Assembly (NCBI GenBank): GCA_032249235.1
Contig: JAVVGF010000001.1
Coordinates: 64,001-128,000 of the forward strand
DNA length: 64,000 bases
From: Thermoproteota archaeon
Lineage (GTDB): Archaea; Thermoproteota; Thermoprotei; Gearchaeales; Gearchaeaceae
Direction: 5' to 3'
Every line of letters starts with the position of its first letter. Position 1 is the stretch's first letter. Of the stretch, positions 1 through 9,432 are shown in pieces. Made by a program: the position numbers and the translations under genes. The notes under the pieces were generated by a model, which was not told the DNA's origin, made no database searches, and saw only the letters and a program-made list of their open reading frames with translations.

Positions 1-538
1 CTAAAAGTTTCTCAGCAGTCTTAACACCTACTCCAGGTAAGCTTTGAAGAATGTACAATTGCCAATCTTTTATGGTTTCTAGTTTATGCGGTTTTCCTTT
101 AACTAAAGGATAATACCCATGACCGTATTTCTTTTGTTCTTGTTTGGCTATCAAAGAAATGAATTCTGCAGTTTCTTCTTTATTTTCAGCATGGAATAAT
201 TTAATGTCGAAATCTAATATTAAAGAAACTAAAGCTCCTCTTAATACGTTTAAATTATCTAATATTAACGGTAGCTCCGAATAATCTCCTTCTATTATGA
301 TTATAGGGACTTCATATGCTTCCTTTAATCTAGAACTTTGGTCAAATAATCTTCCATCATAAATTGACTTGACAAAATCTTTTAGAGTTTTTCTTTCTAT
401 AGCAATCTTATCTGATATCAAATAATCACCGACTGGCAATTGTCTAAATTTTATGCTAACTCCTTTTTTTACAAGCAATTCAGGTATTTCAGAAGCTCTT
501 TCTCTTTCATCTACTATAACAAGAGGCTTTTCGCTCAT
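1..538 (-). CDS. xpf: XPF/ERCC4 structure-specific endonuclease, short crenarchaeal type (3' end runs off the window)
   Basis: Hand translation from ATG at 538: MSEKPLVIVDERE...VGDYLISDKIAIERKT..DF..SIYDGRLFDQ...LQSLPGVGVKTAEKLL; ERKxxxD nuclease motif plus HhH. Not in the ORF track. Confidence 0.9.
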   Translation of the reverse strand, partial: MSEKPLVIVDERERASEIPELLVKKGVSIKFRQLPVGDYLISDKIAIERKTLKDFVKSIYDGRLFDQSSRLKEAYEVPIIIIEGDYSELPLILDNLNVLRGALVSLILDFDIKLFHAENKEETAEFISLIAKQEQKKYGHGYYPLVKGKPHKLETIKDWQLYILQSLPGVGVKTAEKLL

Positions 539-1101
539 GCAAGGGTTATGAAATTATGTATGATTTTTAATCCAAATTGGGTATGTTCAACTTCAGGATG
601 GAATAATACACCATAAACTTTTCTCTTAATGTGTTTTGCAGCTTCTATATGACCTTTTTCAGCATATGCTAATATCTTGAATTCTTTAGGTAACTCGCTA
701 ACAGTATCATTATGGCTCTCCCATGCTAAGAAAACTTCTGGTATTCCTTCAAATAATTCATTTTTTTCTTTAACTATGACTTTTTGCGGTCCGAATGCAG
801 GTTGAGTTCTAGTTAATTTACCGCCATATGCTAAAGAAATAGCTTGGAAGCCTAAACATATGCCCAATACTGGTTTATCTTTGGTAAATAATAACTCTTT
901 AATAACCTTTAATTCTTCGCTATTATTCTCTAGCCTTGCGGGGCCGCCTCCTATTATTATCGAATCATATTCTTCGATTTTATCCAGAGTTTTTTCTACC
1001 AAAGGCATCAACTCTGCATAATAACCTAATTCCTTGACTCTTCTTAAGATCAAATGATTATATTGCCCACCCGGTCCTAAGATAGCAATTTTTTTATTCA
1101 T
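535..1101 (-). CDS. guaAA: GMP synthase glutamine amidotransferase subunit A
   Basis: GQYNHLI, GICLG (catalytic Cys) and FHPE motifs; adjacent to subunit B. Confidence 0.93.
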   Translation of the reverse strand: MNKKIAILGPGGQYNHLILRRVKELGYYAELMPLVEKTLDKIEEYDSIIIGGGPARLENNSEELKVIKELLFTKDKPVLGICLGFQAISLAYGGKLTRTQPAFGPQKVIVKEKNELFEGIPEVFLAWESHNDTVSELPKEFKILAYAEKGHIEAAKHIKRKVYGVLFHPEVEHTQFGLKIIHNFITLA

Positions 1102-2281
1102 ATTCTATTGTAGCAGGCGGTTTAGGTGTTATATCATAGTAAACTTGTGTTATTCTTTTATCTTTCATAACTTCATCAACTATGTTTTGCAATAATTTGA
1201 TATCAACATCAGGAACGCTTGCTGTCATGAAATCACTAGTCTTTACAGCTCTTATTACTATTGCATACTTTCCTGCAGGTCTAGGTTCTGAAACCATAAT
1301 AGCTATTCTTGTATAATTTTTCAATATTTTAGGAAAGGCCTTGACTATTTCGTCTTTAACTCGTAACAATAATTCTGTTTCTTTATAATAAATTCCTAGC
1401 ATTTTAGAATATACTCTACTATCACCTTTAATTCCTGTTACTTTTTCATAAAACTCAAACGTTTTAAATCCTCTACCTCCGATTCCTGTAATGTTCTTTA
1501 CTTCTTTAATTAAATCACTTATCTCTTTAGAAGTTGTCATCCTAGGCTTTTTAAATATAGCTAGGAAACTTTGCGAAGCATCTATTTTCATTAGTAAATC
1601 TTCACAAAGCGCTGTAACATTCTTTAAAGCTTTCAACTTTTCTAATTCGAATTCGCCTACACATCTAACTAGCAATCCTGGGCCAGGAAATGGTTGTCTT
1701 TCTCTAATTTCTTCAGGAATTTTAAGATATTTAGCCAATATTCTAACTTGATCTTTATATAAGTTTGCAAGCGGTTCTATTAAATTAAAGCCATATTTTA
1801 ATTCAGGTTTTATTCCTATTTGAGTTAGTACATTATGCTGAGTTTTTATACCTCCAGTTGTTTCAATCCAATCAGGTGCTATAGTTCCTTGTACTAAAAA
1901 ATCCGCATTTTCTTCTTTTACTAATTTTGCTAATGTTTCATAGAATAGTTCCCTAAATATTTTTCTTTTCTCTTCTGCATCGCTTTTTCCTAGCAAGGAA
2001 TTATAAAACAATTCACTTACATCATGGACCTTAACTTGCAATCCCATGCTTTCAAGCAATGATTTCACTTTTTCTATTTCTCCTTCTCTCATGAAGCCTG
2101 TATCGATGATATAAGCTTTGACTTTATCTCCTACAGCTAGCCATGTTAAGTATGCAGCAACAGTACTATCTACACCACCAGATACTGCGGCTAAAACATT
2201 TTTATCTCCGATAATTTTCCTGAGTGAATTTATTAATTCATCAACAAACTCTTCTATATTTTTATCGTAAATTTTCATCAT
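1094..2281 (-). CDS. guaAB: GMP synthase ATP pyrophosphatase subunit B (elongated C-terminal domain)
   Basis: SGGVDS PP-loop, IKTQHNV, QPFPGPGL and C-terminal YDITPKPPATIEYE. Confidence 0.93.
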   Translation of the reverse strand: MMKIYDKNIEEFVDELINSLRKIIGDKNVLAAVSGGVDSTVAAYLTWLAVGDKVKAYIIDTGFMREGEIEKVKSLLESMGLQVKVHDVSELFYNSLLGKSDAEEKRKIFRELFYETLAKLVKEENADFLVQGTIAPDWIETTGGIKTQHNVLTQIGIKPELKYGFNLIEPLANLYKDQVRILAKYLKIPEEIRERQPFPGPGLLVRCVGEFELEKLKALKNVTALCEDLLMKIDASQSFLAIFKKPRMTTSKEISDLIKEVKNITGIGGRGFKTFEFYEKVTGIKGDSRVYSKMLGIYYKETELLLRVKDEIVKAFPKILKNYTRIAIMVSEPRPAGKYAIVIRAVKTSDFMTASVPDVDIKLLQNIVDEVMKDKRITQVYYDITPKPPATIEYE

Positions 2282-2336
2282 CTTATTTTATTTGCTTTTA
2301 AATATTTTTGTTATTTAAAGGAGTTTTGTAACACAT

Positions 2337-3224
2337 TTATATTGTAGTAACTATTACTTCGTTTTCCGTTATGATTACTGTATGTTCTTCTTGTGCTACA
2401 ATTCCTCTATTTTCCTCAACTAAAACGTTGTATCCTATTATTTCTCCTTTTTCTACCTTATCCATGATTACATCTTTTATTTTTTTCAAGTCATATTCAG
2501 GATACCATCTTAAAGAAAAAGGCAAGTTGTATCTTTGTTTCCAAATTTTATTGAAAAATTCTTCAATGGTTTTATCTTTGTGCTTTATTGATTTTTTTAA
2601 AGAAAATATCCTAATATTATCTGAATCATATACGTATCCTTTTCCTAGAGTTAAGAAAGGTTCTATTGCATATACTTCGCCAGCTTTCATTACAATTTCA
2701 ATTCCATCATCATAATTCGGTATGCTTTTACCCGCATGAAGCAAATACCTTTTAATCATATGTCCTGAGAGATTTTTAATTGTTTGAAAACCATATAATT
2801 TCGCTGTATTTTCTACAATCTTACCTATTTTATTCGTTGTAATACCTGGCTTAATGTTTTGAATTGCATTCATTAGAGCTTTTTTAGTTGCATCTACGAG
2901 TTTTTGCATTTTATCATCTAAAGCAATTGTGGTTGCTGCATCAGCTATATAGCCCTCAATATGAACTCCTACATCTACTTTGACGATTGCGTTCTTGGGT
3001 ATTATGCGTTTATCGTATGGCTCGGCTGTATCATGAGCTGCAATCTCGTTTATTGAAATATTACATGGAAAAGCGAGTTGGCCACCATTAGATAAAATGA
3101 AATTTTCAATTAAATTACATAATTCAAGAATTGGCATATCTTCATGTACTTTATTCCTTGCGAGCTCAAGCGCTTTAGAAGCAATTTTCCCAGCTTCTAA
3201 ATAATACTTTATCTCTTCTTGCAC
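2337..3224 (-). CDS. map: Methionine aminopeptidase type II
   Basis: AFPCNIS, DVGVHIEGYIADAA, LSGH, AIEPF and EEHTV metal-binding motifs. Confidence 0.95.
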   Translation of the reverse strand: MQEEIKYYLEAGKIASKALELARNKVHEDMPILELCNLIENFILSNGGQLAFPCNISINEIAAHDTAEPYDKRIIPKNAIVKVDVGVHIEGYIADAATTIALDDKMQKLVDATKKALMNAIQNIKPGITTNKIGKIVENTAKLYGFQTIKNLSGHMIKRYLLHAGKSIPNYDDGIEIVMKAGEVYAIEPFLTLGKGYVYDSDNIRIFSLKKSIKHKDKTIEEFFNKIWKQRYNLPFSLRWYPEYDLKKIKDVIMDKVEKGEIIGYNVLVEENRGIVAQEEHTVIITENEVIVTTI

Positions 3225-3234
3225 AACGATAATG

Positions 3235-3255
3235 TTTTTAAATTGCTATTAATAA
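3235..3255. promoter_or_regulatory. Back-to-back divergent TATA boxes for rpoD (+) and map (-)
   Basis: TTTTTAAA at 3235-3242 is 26-33 nt upstream of the rpoD ATG; TTATTAAT (minus strand, 3248-3255) is 24-31 nt upstream of the map GTG; the spacing fits leaderless archaeal promoters. Confidence 0.5.
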
Positions 3256-3267
3256 TTTGTTATTCAC

Positions 3268-3867
3268 ATGGAAGTTGAGATATTGAAGAAAGATGACATA
3301 ACATTGGAAATTAAAGTTAGCGATGTCTCTCCTCAATTCATGAATTTGTTAAGACGTTGTTTGATAGCAAGGGTTCCAACTATAGCAATAGATGATGTAA
3401 TAATTCTTGAAAATTCTTCAATAATGTATGATGAAATGTTAGCTCATCGCTTAGGATTGATTCCTTTAAAAGCAGATATATTATCTTTGAAAGAAGATAC
3501 TGTTGCATATTTTAGATGTGAAGTCGCCGCAGAAGAAGGCGATAGAATGGTATATTCAAAAGATTTGATTCCTTCAGATCCTAATATTATTCCTGCCTAT
3601 GATACAATACCAATTGTAAAGTTGGCTAAAGGGCAAAAAGTATCATTTGAAGCAGTTGCAAGGGTTAAAAAAGGATATCAACATGCAAGATTTCAACCTG
3701 TCTCAGCTTGTGCATATAAGCAGCTAGATGATGGTAGCACATTTATCTTCAGATTTGACTCAACTGGAATAAGCGAACCTGAAAAAATATTACTCAAAGG
3801 TATTGAAGTAATACTGGAAACTTATGATGATATGTTGAAATCTTTAGATAAATTGAAAAATGGTTAA
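3268..3867 (+). CDS. rpoD: DNA-directed RNA polymerase subunit D (Rpo3), short form
   Basis: NLLRR..IARVPTIAIDDV, DEMLAHRLGLIPL, IPIVKLAKGQ, HARFQP; precedes rpl18e. Confidence 0.95.
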   Translation: MEVEILKKDDITLEIKVSDVSPQFMNLLRRCLIARVPTIAIDDVIILENSSIMYDEMLAHRLGLIPLKADILSLKEDTVAYFRCEVAAEEGDRMVYSKDLIPSDPNIIPAYDTIPIVKLAKGQKVSFEAVARVKKGYQHARFQPVSACAYKQLDDGSTFIFRFDSTGISEPEKILLKGIEVILETYDDMLKSLDKLKNG

Positions 3868-4225
3868 AAGAACAGGACCTACAAATCCATTATTGAGAAA
3901 AGAAATTAGATTCCTTTATGAAAGTTATAAGACTCATGGAGCACCGATTTGGAAGGCTGTTGCAGAAAAGTTAAGTGTTAGAAAGCGTTCAAGGGTAGCT
4001 GTTAATGTAATTAAATTAAATAAGCTTACGAGTAATAACGATATGGTAGTTGTTCCAGGTAAAGTGTTAGGCTTCGGTTTTATTGATCATCCTATAATTG
4101 TTGCAGCATATAGTTTTTCTAAAAGTGCAAAGGAAAAAATAGAAAAAGCAGGTGGTAAATGTTTAACGTATAGCGAAATGATAAAGTTAAATCCTAAGGG
4201 AAATAATGTTAAGTTCATAACATGA
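3860..4225 (+). CDS. rpl18e: 50S ribosomal protein L18e
   Basis: TGPTNP, VVVPGKVLG, AKEKIEKAGG; conserved operon position. Confidence 0.96.
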   Translation: MVKRTGPTNPLLRKEIRFLYESYKTHGAPIWKAVAEKLSVRKRSRVAVNVIKLNKLTSNNDMVVVPGKVLGFGFIDHPIIVAAYSFSKSAKEKIEKAGGKCLTYSEMIKLNPKGNNVKFIT

Positions 4226-4668
4226 GCGTTGCAACTGAAGTTTTATACGTTGACGCGAGCGACCAAATTTTAGGTAGATTAGCTTCGCATGTAGCCAAGC
4301 TACTCTTGAATGGTTACAAAGTTATTGTTTTCAATGCTGAAAAAGCTGTTATTTCTGGCAATAAGGCGAGAATTGTAGAAAGGTTTAGAGAAAGATATGC
4401 CAGAAGGACTTTGAAAAATCCTGAAAAGCTAGGACATAGAGAACCTAAAACTCCGCACGGTATAGTTAGAAGAGCTATAAGAGGTATGCTTCCTCATAAA
4501 AAACCTAGAGGAAGAGAAGCTTTCAAAAGATTACTCGTATATTCTGGAATTCCTTCTTTACCTGCAAATGCAAAAATAATCAAATTCGAGGATGCAAGTG
4601 TTTCAAAATTAGGTAGAGGTTATGTTTATTTAGGAGAAATAGCTAAAATATTCGGCTGGAAGGGCTGA
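4222..4668 (+). CDS. rpl13: 50S ribosomal protein L13 (uL13)
   Basis: ILGRLASHVAK, RRAIRGMLP. Confidence 0.96.
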   Translation: MSVATEVLYVDASDQILGRLASHVAKLLLNGYKVIVFNAEKAVISGNKARIVERFRERYARRTLKNPEKLGHREPKTPHGIVRRAIRGMLPHKKPRGREAFKRLLVYSGIPSLPANAKIIKFEDASVSKLGRGYVYLGEIAKIFGWKG

Positions 4669-5075
4669 TGTCGCAAATTGTAATCGCTACAGGGAAAAGG
4701 AAAACTGCAGTAGCTAGGGCATATTTGAAATATCCTGGAAGAGGAAGGATTTTGATAAACAAAAAGCCTTTAGAATTAATTGAACCTTGGCTTGTTAGGA
4801 ATACGATAGAAGAACCTTTATTATTTATTAGCGATCAATTAAGATCTTCTATAGATATTATTGTTAACGTCAAAGGAGGAGGTGTTATGGGTCAAGCCCA
4901 AGCTACTAGAATGGCTATAGCAAATGCTTTAGTTCAATTCACAAAATCAGAGGAGCTTAGGCAAGCTTATTTAGCTTATAATCCTGCTCTTTTGAAAGGT
5001 GATCCTAGACAAGTTGAACCTAAAAAGCCAAGAGGCAAAAAAGCAAGAGCTAAAAGGCAGAAATCTTATAGATAA
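4668..5075 (+). CDS. rps9: 30S ribosomal protein S9 (uS9)
   Basis: GKRKTAVARA, GGGVMGQA, C-terminal QKSYR. Confidence 0.97.
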   Translation: MSQIVIATGKRKTAVARAYLKYPGRGRILINKKPLELIEPWLVRNTIEEPLLFISDQLRSSIDIIVNVKGGGVMGQAQATRMAIANALVQFTKSEELRQAYLAYNPALLKGDPRQVEPKKPRGKKARAKRQKSYR

Positions 5076-5078
5076 AAT

Positions 5079-5351
5079 ATGCTAGTACCTGTTAGATGTT
5101 TTACATGTGGTTATCCAATTGCAAGATTTTGGGATGAATATAAAAGAAGAGTAAGTAATGGAGAGCAGCCTGGAGATGTTTTGGACAGTCTTGGAATTAA
5201 AAGATATTGTTGTAGAAGGATGTTTCTCTCAACTTATGAATATATTGATGAATTTTTAATCTATTTCAGACCTCAAGAAGTAAAAGAAGCTAGTGTTAAG
5301 CAATTCCGTGAGGAAGCAGAAACGAGGAGGAGAAGAAGGAAAGAAAGTTGA
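5079..5351 (+). CDS. rpoN: RNA polymerase subunit N (Rpo10) with charged C-terminal extension
   Basis: PVRCFTCG...RYCCRRM zinc motif. Confidence 0.96.
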   Translation: MLVPVRCFTCGYPIARFWDEYKRRVSNGEQPGDVLDSLGIKRYCCRRMFLSTYEYIDEFLIYFRPQEVKEASVKQFREEAETRRRRRKES

Positions 5352-6586
5352 CTGCTATTAAAGACATAAATTTAAGAATAATTTTTGATAGTAGAGGAGA
5401 TAAAACTGTAGAAGCTGAAGTAATTACAGAAGAATCAAGAGGAATAGCTTCTTGTCCTTCTGGTGCTAGTAAAAGTAGTTATGAAGTTGAAACTATACCA
5501 AAAAGAGGTTTAGAAGAAGCAATTAAAGATTTTATAAGAAACGTTAAACCAAAACTTTTAGGACTTGATTCGAGTAATCAAGAGGAAATCGATAAAATTT
5601 TATTGGAAAGCGACGGCACGCAAAGATTAGAAAATTACGGAGCAGCTATAATTTTGTCAGTATCAATTGCAAATTTAAAAGCAGCATCTATTGCAATCAA
5701 CAAGAAAGTCTTTGAAAAGTTAAATGAAAAAGATCAATATTCTTTACCTTTACCTATAGGTAATATTATTGGTGGAGGTAAGCATGCAAAAGGTAGATCA
5801 ATAGACATTCAGGAAATATTAGTTTTTTGTAATAATGCAAACAATATAAGTGAAGCAATAGAAGCCAACATTCTAATGCATAGAAAACTTTTCAAATTAT
5901 TGTCCATTAATGACCCATATTTTGCAGGAGGTAAAAATGATGAAGGAGCTCTTGTAACTAGAATGCCTCTTAAAAAAATTTTGAGTTTAGTAAATCAAGC
6001 TAGAAAAGAAATGCATGAAGAAAAGGGATATGAAATCTTGTTAGGTTTAGATATTGCGGCTTCTTCTTTATGGGATGGTAAAAGATACGAATATCCATTA
6101 GAAAAACTTTCTTTAAACGAAGAAGAACAATTAAATTTCATGCTTGATTTAATCAATGATTTCAATATATTTTATCTTGAAGATCCTTTCCATGAGGATT
6201 CGTTTGAATATTTTTCAGAATTAACTTCTAGAAATCCTAACATTCTAATTGTAGGAGATGATTTATACGCTTCAAATGAAGATAGATTAAAGATAGGCAT
6301 TGCTAAAAAAGCAAGCAATGGTGTTATAATAAAACCTAATCAGGTTGGTTGCGTAACTAAGATATTACGTGCTATCAATTTAACTATTAATAATGGAATT
6401 AAACCTATAGTTTCCCATAGATCTGGAGAAACAGAAGATGTATTCATTTCTCATTTAGCTGTAGCTTTCGATGCTCCTTTAATAAAAACTGGTACTCTTG
6501 GAGGGGAAAGAATATCTAAATTAAATGAATTGATTAGGATTTCTGAATTTTTGAAAGATAGAGCAAGATTGAATAAACTTAAATAA
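5348..6586 (+). CDS. eno: Enolase
   Basis: DSRG, PSGAS, LDIAAS, LEDPF, VGDDL, IKPNQ and SHRSGETED. Confidence 0.95.
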   Translation: MTAIKDINLRIIFDSRGDKTVEAEVITEESRGIASCPSGASKSSYEVETIPKRGLEEAIKDFIRNVKPKLLGLDSSNQEEIDKILLESDGTQRLENYGAAIILSVSIANLKAASIAINKKVFEKLNEKDQYSLPLPIGNIIGGGKHAKGRSIDIQEILVFCNNANNISEAIEANILMHRKLFKLLSINDPYFAGGKNDEGALVTRMPLKKILSLVNQARKEMHEEKGYEILLGLDIAASSLWDGKRYEYPLEKLSLNEEEQLNFMLDLINDFNIFYLEDPFHEDSFEYFSELTSRNPNILIVGDDLYASNEDRLKIGIAKKASNGVIIKPNQVGCVTKILRAINLTINNGIKPIVSHRSGETEDVFISHLAVAFDAPLIKTGTLGGERISKLNELIRISEFLKDRARLNKLK

Positions 6587-6609
6587 ATGAATAAAAGAAT
6601 AAATCTTCA

Positions 6610-7248
6610 ATGTCTGATTTAGGCTCAGAATTTAAAAAAGAAGAACAATTAATATTAGCACCTACAGAGTTATACATCGAGGCAACTTTACCTTTAGGTA
6701 CAAAGTTCAAATCGAAATACATGAAAAACTTCATTTATAGAACTAGACCTGAAGGTATTCACATAATAGATGTTAGAAGTATTGATGAAAGAATAAGAAT
6801 TGCAGCAAAGTTCATCTCTTACTATGAAAGTGATAAGATATTAGTTGTTGCTTCAAGACCTTTTGCAATAAAACCAGCTACCGTGTTCGCGAAGCTAATA
6901 GGTGCTAAAGCTATTACTGAAAGATTTTTGCCAGGCACATTAACAAATCCAAGTTTAGGTACATATGGAGAAATTGAATTATTATTTCTAAACGATCCTT
7001 ATCAAGATTCGCAAGCTCTAGATGAGGCTACGAAAATAGGTATACCAGTTGTTGCACTTTGTGATACAGAGCATTCATGTGAAAACGTAGATTTAGTGAT
7101 ACCTTGCAACAATAAAGGAAGAAGAGCGTTAGCTACTGTTTATTGGCTCTTGGCAAGACAGGTCTTGAGAGAAAAGAAAATAATACAAAGCCCTGAACAA
7201 TTCACATATTCTATAGAAGATTTCGAAACAGAGTTAGTAGAAGCTTAA
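6610..7248 (+). CDS. rps2: 30S ribosomal protein S2 (uS2)
   Basis: RFLPGTLTNP, IPVVALCDT, IPCNNKGR. Confidence 0.96.
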   Translation: MSDLGSEFKKEEQLILAPTELYIEATLPLGTKFKSKYMKNFIYRTRPEGIHIIDVRSIDERIRIAAKFISYYESDKILVVASRPFAIKPATVFAKLIGAKAITERFLPGTLTNPSLGTYGEIELLFLNDPYQDSQALDEATKIGIPVVALCDTEHSCENVDLVIPCNNKGRRALATVYWLLARQVLREKKIIQSPEQFTYSIEDFETELVEA

Positions 7249-7253
7249 AAAAA

Positions 7254-7550
7254 TTAACTTAATTCTTTTTCAGTTGTTCTCCTTTTAACTGCTTTATCGA
7301 ATATAATCCAATTGTTATACCATTCTTCGTTTTCTTTTTTCAATAAAGTTAAAGCGTGTTTCATCAATTCTTTTGAAGTAATTTTTTCAGTTTTATTTTC
7401 AAGCAATTTTCCAATAACGATGAATGTAATCCTTCTAGCAACTTCTAAACTAGCTCCTGTTTTTAAAATACTAACGGTTAATTTTTCAGGTATGAAGTCT
7501 TCTTCGCTACCATCTCGTTTTATTACTTTTATATTAAATAGATACATCAT
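7254..7550 (-). CDS. Stand-alone ATP-cone domain protein
   Basis: N-terminal VIKRDGSEEDF..EKL..SI ATP-cone signature; 98 aa. Confidence 0.8.
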   Translation of the reverse strand: MMYLFNIKVIKRDGSEEDFIPEKLTVSILKTGASLEVARRITFIVIGKLLENKTEKITSKELMKHALTLLKKENEEWYNNWIIFDKAVKRRTTEKELS

Positions 7551-7577
7551 TTTATTATAAATTATAAATTTTTAAAT

Positions 7578-8432
7578 ATGATGATAAGAAAACCTGCTGT
7601 TGCTGGATACTTTTATGAAAAAGATAAAGAATCGCTATTGAGACAAATTGAAGACTGTTTTAAGCATTCTTTCGGGCCTGGCGAAATAAAATACTTTTCC
7701 AGTTCAAAGGAGTTAAGAATACCTGCTTTTATCGTTCCGCATGCAGGCTATATGTATAGCGGGCCTGTAGCAGCTCATGCATATAAATTACTAGCAGAAA
7801 CTGAGAAGCCAGATACTGTAATAATACTTGGTCCAAATCATACAGGTTATGGTGAATTGGTTTCAGTAATGAATGAAGGAGAATGGGAAACCCCATTAGG
7901 TAGGGTAAAAATAAATCAAGAAATAGCTAATAAAATTCTAGCATCATATAAATTAGCAAGGGCTGATGCTTACGCTCATCTTTACGAGCATTCAATCGAA
8001 GTTCAGCTACCTTTTCTACAATATGTATTGAAGGATTTCGATTTCGTTCCGATATGTATTATGCTCCAAACAGCAGAAGTAGCAAGAGAATTAGCAAAAG
8101 TTTTGCACCAAATTTTAAAAGATTATAATGCAATTGTTCTTGCTTCAACGGATTTGAATCATTATGAGAATAATGAGATTACTTATAAAAAAGATGCCTA
8201 TGTAATTGAATATGTTCAAAAACTAGATGGCGACGGCCTTTTTAAAATCATTGAAGAAAAGGACATTTCCATGTGCGGGCCTTGTCCTGCTGCTACTGTT
8301 TTGAATTATTGCAAGATGAGAAATATTGAGGTTGTTAGAATATTAAAGCATGCTACATCAGGAGACATTGAAGGTAGAAAATCAAGCGTCGTAGGTTATC
8401 TTTCTGTTGCCTTTGAAGCTAAAAAGCTTTGA
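7578..8432 (+). CDS. MEMO1 family protein (AmmeMemoRadiSam protein B-like)
   Basis: RKPAVAG.FY, PHAGYMYSG, GPNH, EHSIEVQLPFLQ, STDLNHY, SMCG. Confidence 0.92.
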   Translation: MMIRKPAVAGYFYEKDKESLLRQIEDCFKHSFGPGEIKYFSSSKELRIPAFIVPHAGYMYSGPVAAHAYKLLAETEKPDTVIILGPNHTGYGELVSVMNEGEWETPLGRVKINQEIANKILASYKLARADAYAHLYEHSIEVQLPFLQYVLKDFDFVPICIMLQTAEVARELAKVLHQILKDYNAIVLASTDLNHYENNEITYKKDAYVIEYVQKLDGDGLFKIIEEKDISMCGPCPAATVLNYCKMRNIEVVRILKHATSGDIEGRKSSVVGYLSVAFEAKKL

Positions 8433-9402
8433 CACCTTCTTCTACAATGCTTGTTTCGAAAACCATTTTTGCTTTTTTACTCATCGCTTCTTTAACTGGT
8501 TCTAAACGATCTTTATCTACCAACGCATACATAACTCCGCCTTTACCTGCTCCTGTTAATTTAGCTCCATAAGCACCTTTTTTTCTTGCAATGTTCACGA
8601 GCAAATCGATTTTGAATGTTGATAATCCTAATGCTGAAAGTAACTCATGATTTATGTTGATTAATCTTCCTGCATTGAGCAAATCTTCATTTTTAAAATA
8701 ATCAACTAGCTTCATAGTTAATGCTCCTGCAGATGTATATAATGGATTGATAATTTCTGGATACGTTTTTTTAAGATTTAACACTTCTTCAACTATTTTT
8801 CCAGTAGGCATTCTTTTTCCTGTATATGCTAATAAGAAAATAGCTTTCTCACTTTTCTTCAGCAACACTGGCTTTTCTCCTTTTTTATAAAGTATCATTC
8901 CTCCGAATGTACTAATTGTAATATCTATTCCTGAGGGATTTTTATGAACAATTCTTTCAGCTTCAAATGCAGCTTTCCATATTAATTCTTTGTTTATTTC
9001 AAAGCCTAAAGCTTTCATAACTGCAGCAGCTGTAGCTACAGAAACTGCAGCAGATGAACCTAAGCCTGCAGAAGGAGGTATCTTTGATTCGATGTATATT
9101 TCCATACCAGTGTTCGCATTTATAAAGTCCATAATCTTCCTAGTAACTCTTAAAATAGGTCTAAGCATCTTTTTCGTCTTCTCCTTACCTGTATAATCAA
9201 TTATTCTCTCATTTAACGTGCTTTTAATTACATGCCTTCTATTATCCAAATCAATGCTCTCTATTCTTATTGCATTTTCATAACTTTCTTCTGCGATGAC
9301 TTCAGCATATAAATTAATTGCCGCAGCTATTGCTGGCTCTCCTTCTACAACGAAATGTTCTCCTGCTATTATGATTTTCGATGGTGCAATTGCTTTAGCC
9401 AC
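8419..9402 (-). CDS. mvk: Mevalonate kinase
   Basis: APSKIIIAGEHFVV, PPSAGLGSSAA GHMP motif, PSGID, KLTGAGKGG; adjacent to isopentenyl phosphate kinase. Confidence 0.92.
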   Translation of the reverse strand: MAKAIAPSKIIIAGEHFVVEGEPAIAAAINLYAEVIAEESYENAIRIESIDLDNRRHVIKSTLNERIIDYTGKEKTKKMLRPILRVTRKIMDFINANTGMEIYIESKIPPSAGLGSSAAVSVATAAAVMKALGFEINKELIWKAAFEAERIVHKNPSGIDITISTFGGMILYKKGEKPVLLKKSEKAIFLLAYTGKRMPTGKIVEEVLNLKKTYPEIINPLYTSAGALTMKLVDYFKNEDLLNAGRLININHELLSALGLSTFKIDLLVNIARKKGAYGAKLTGAGKGGVMYALVDKDRLEPVKEAMSKKAKMVFETSIVEEGVKAF

Positions 9403-9432
9403 GTTTTAAAAATACAATAAAAGATTAAATCA

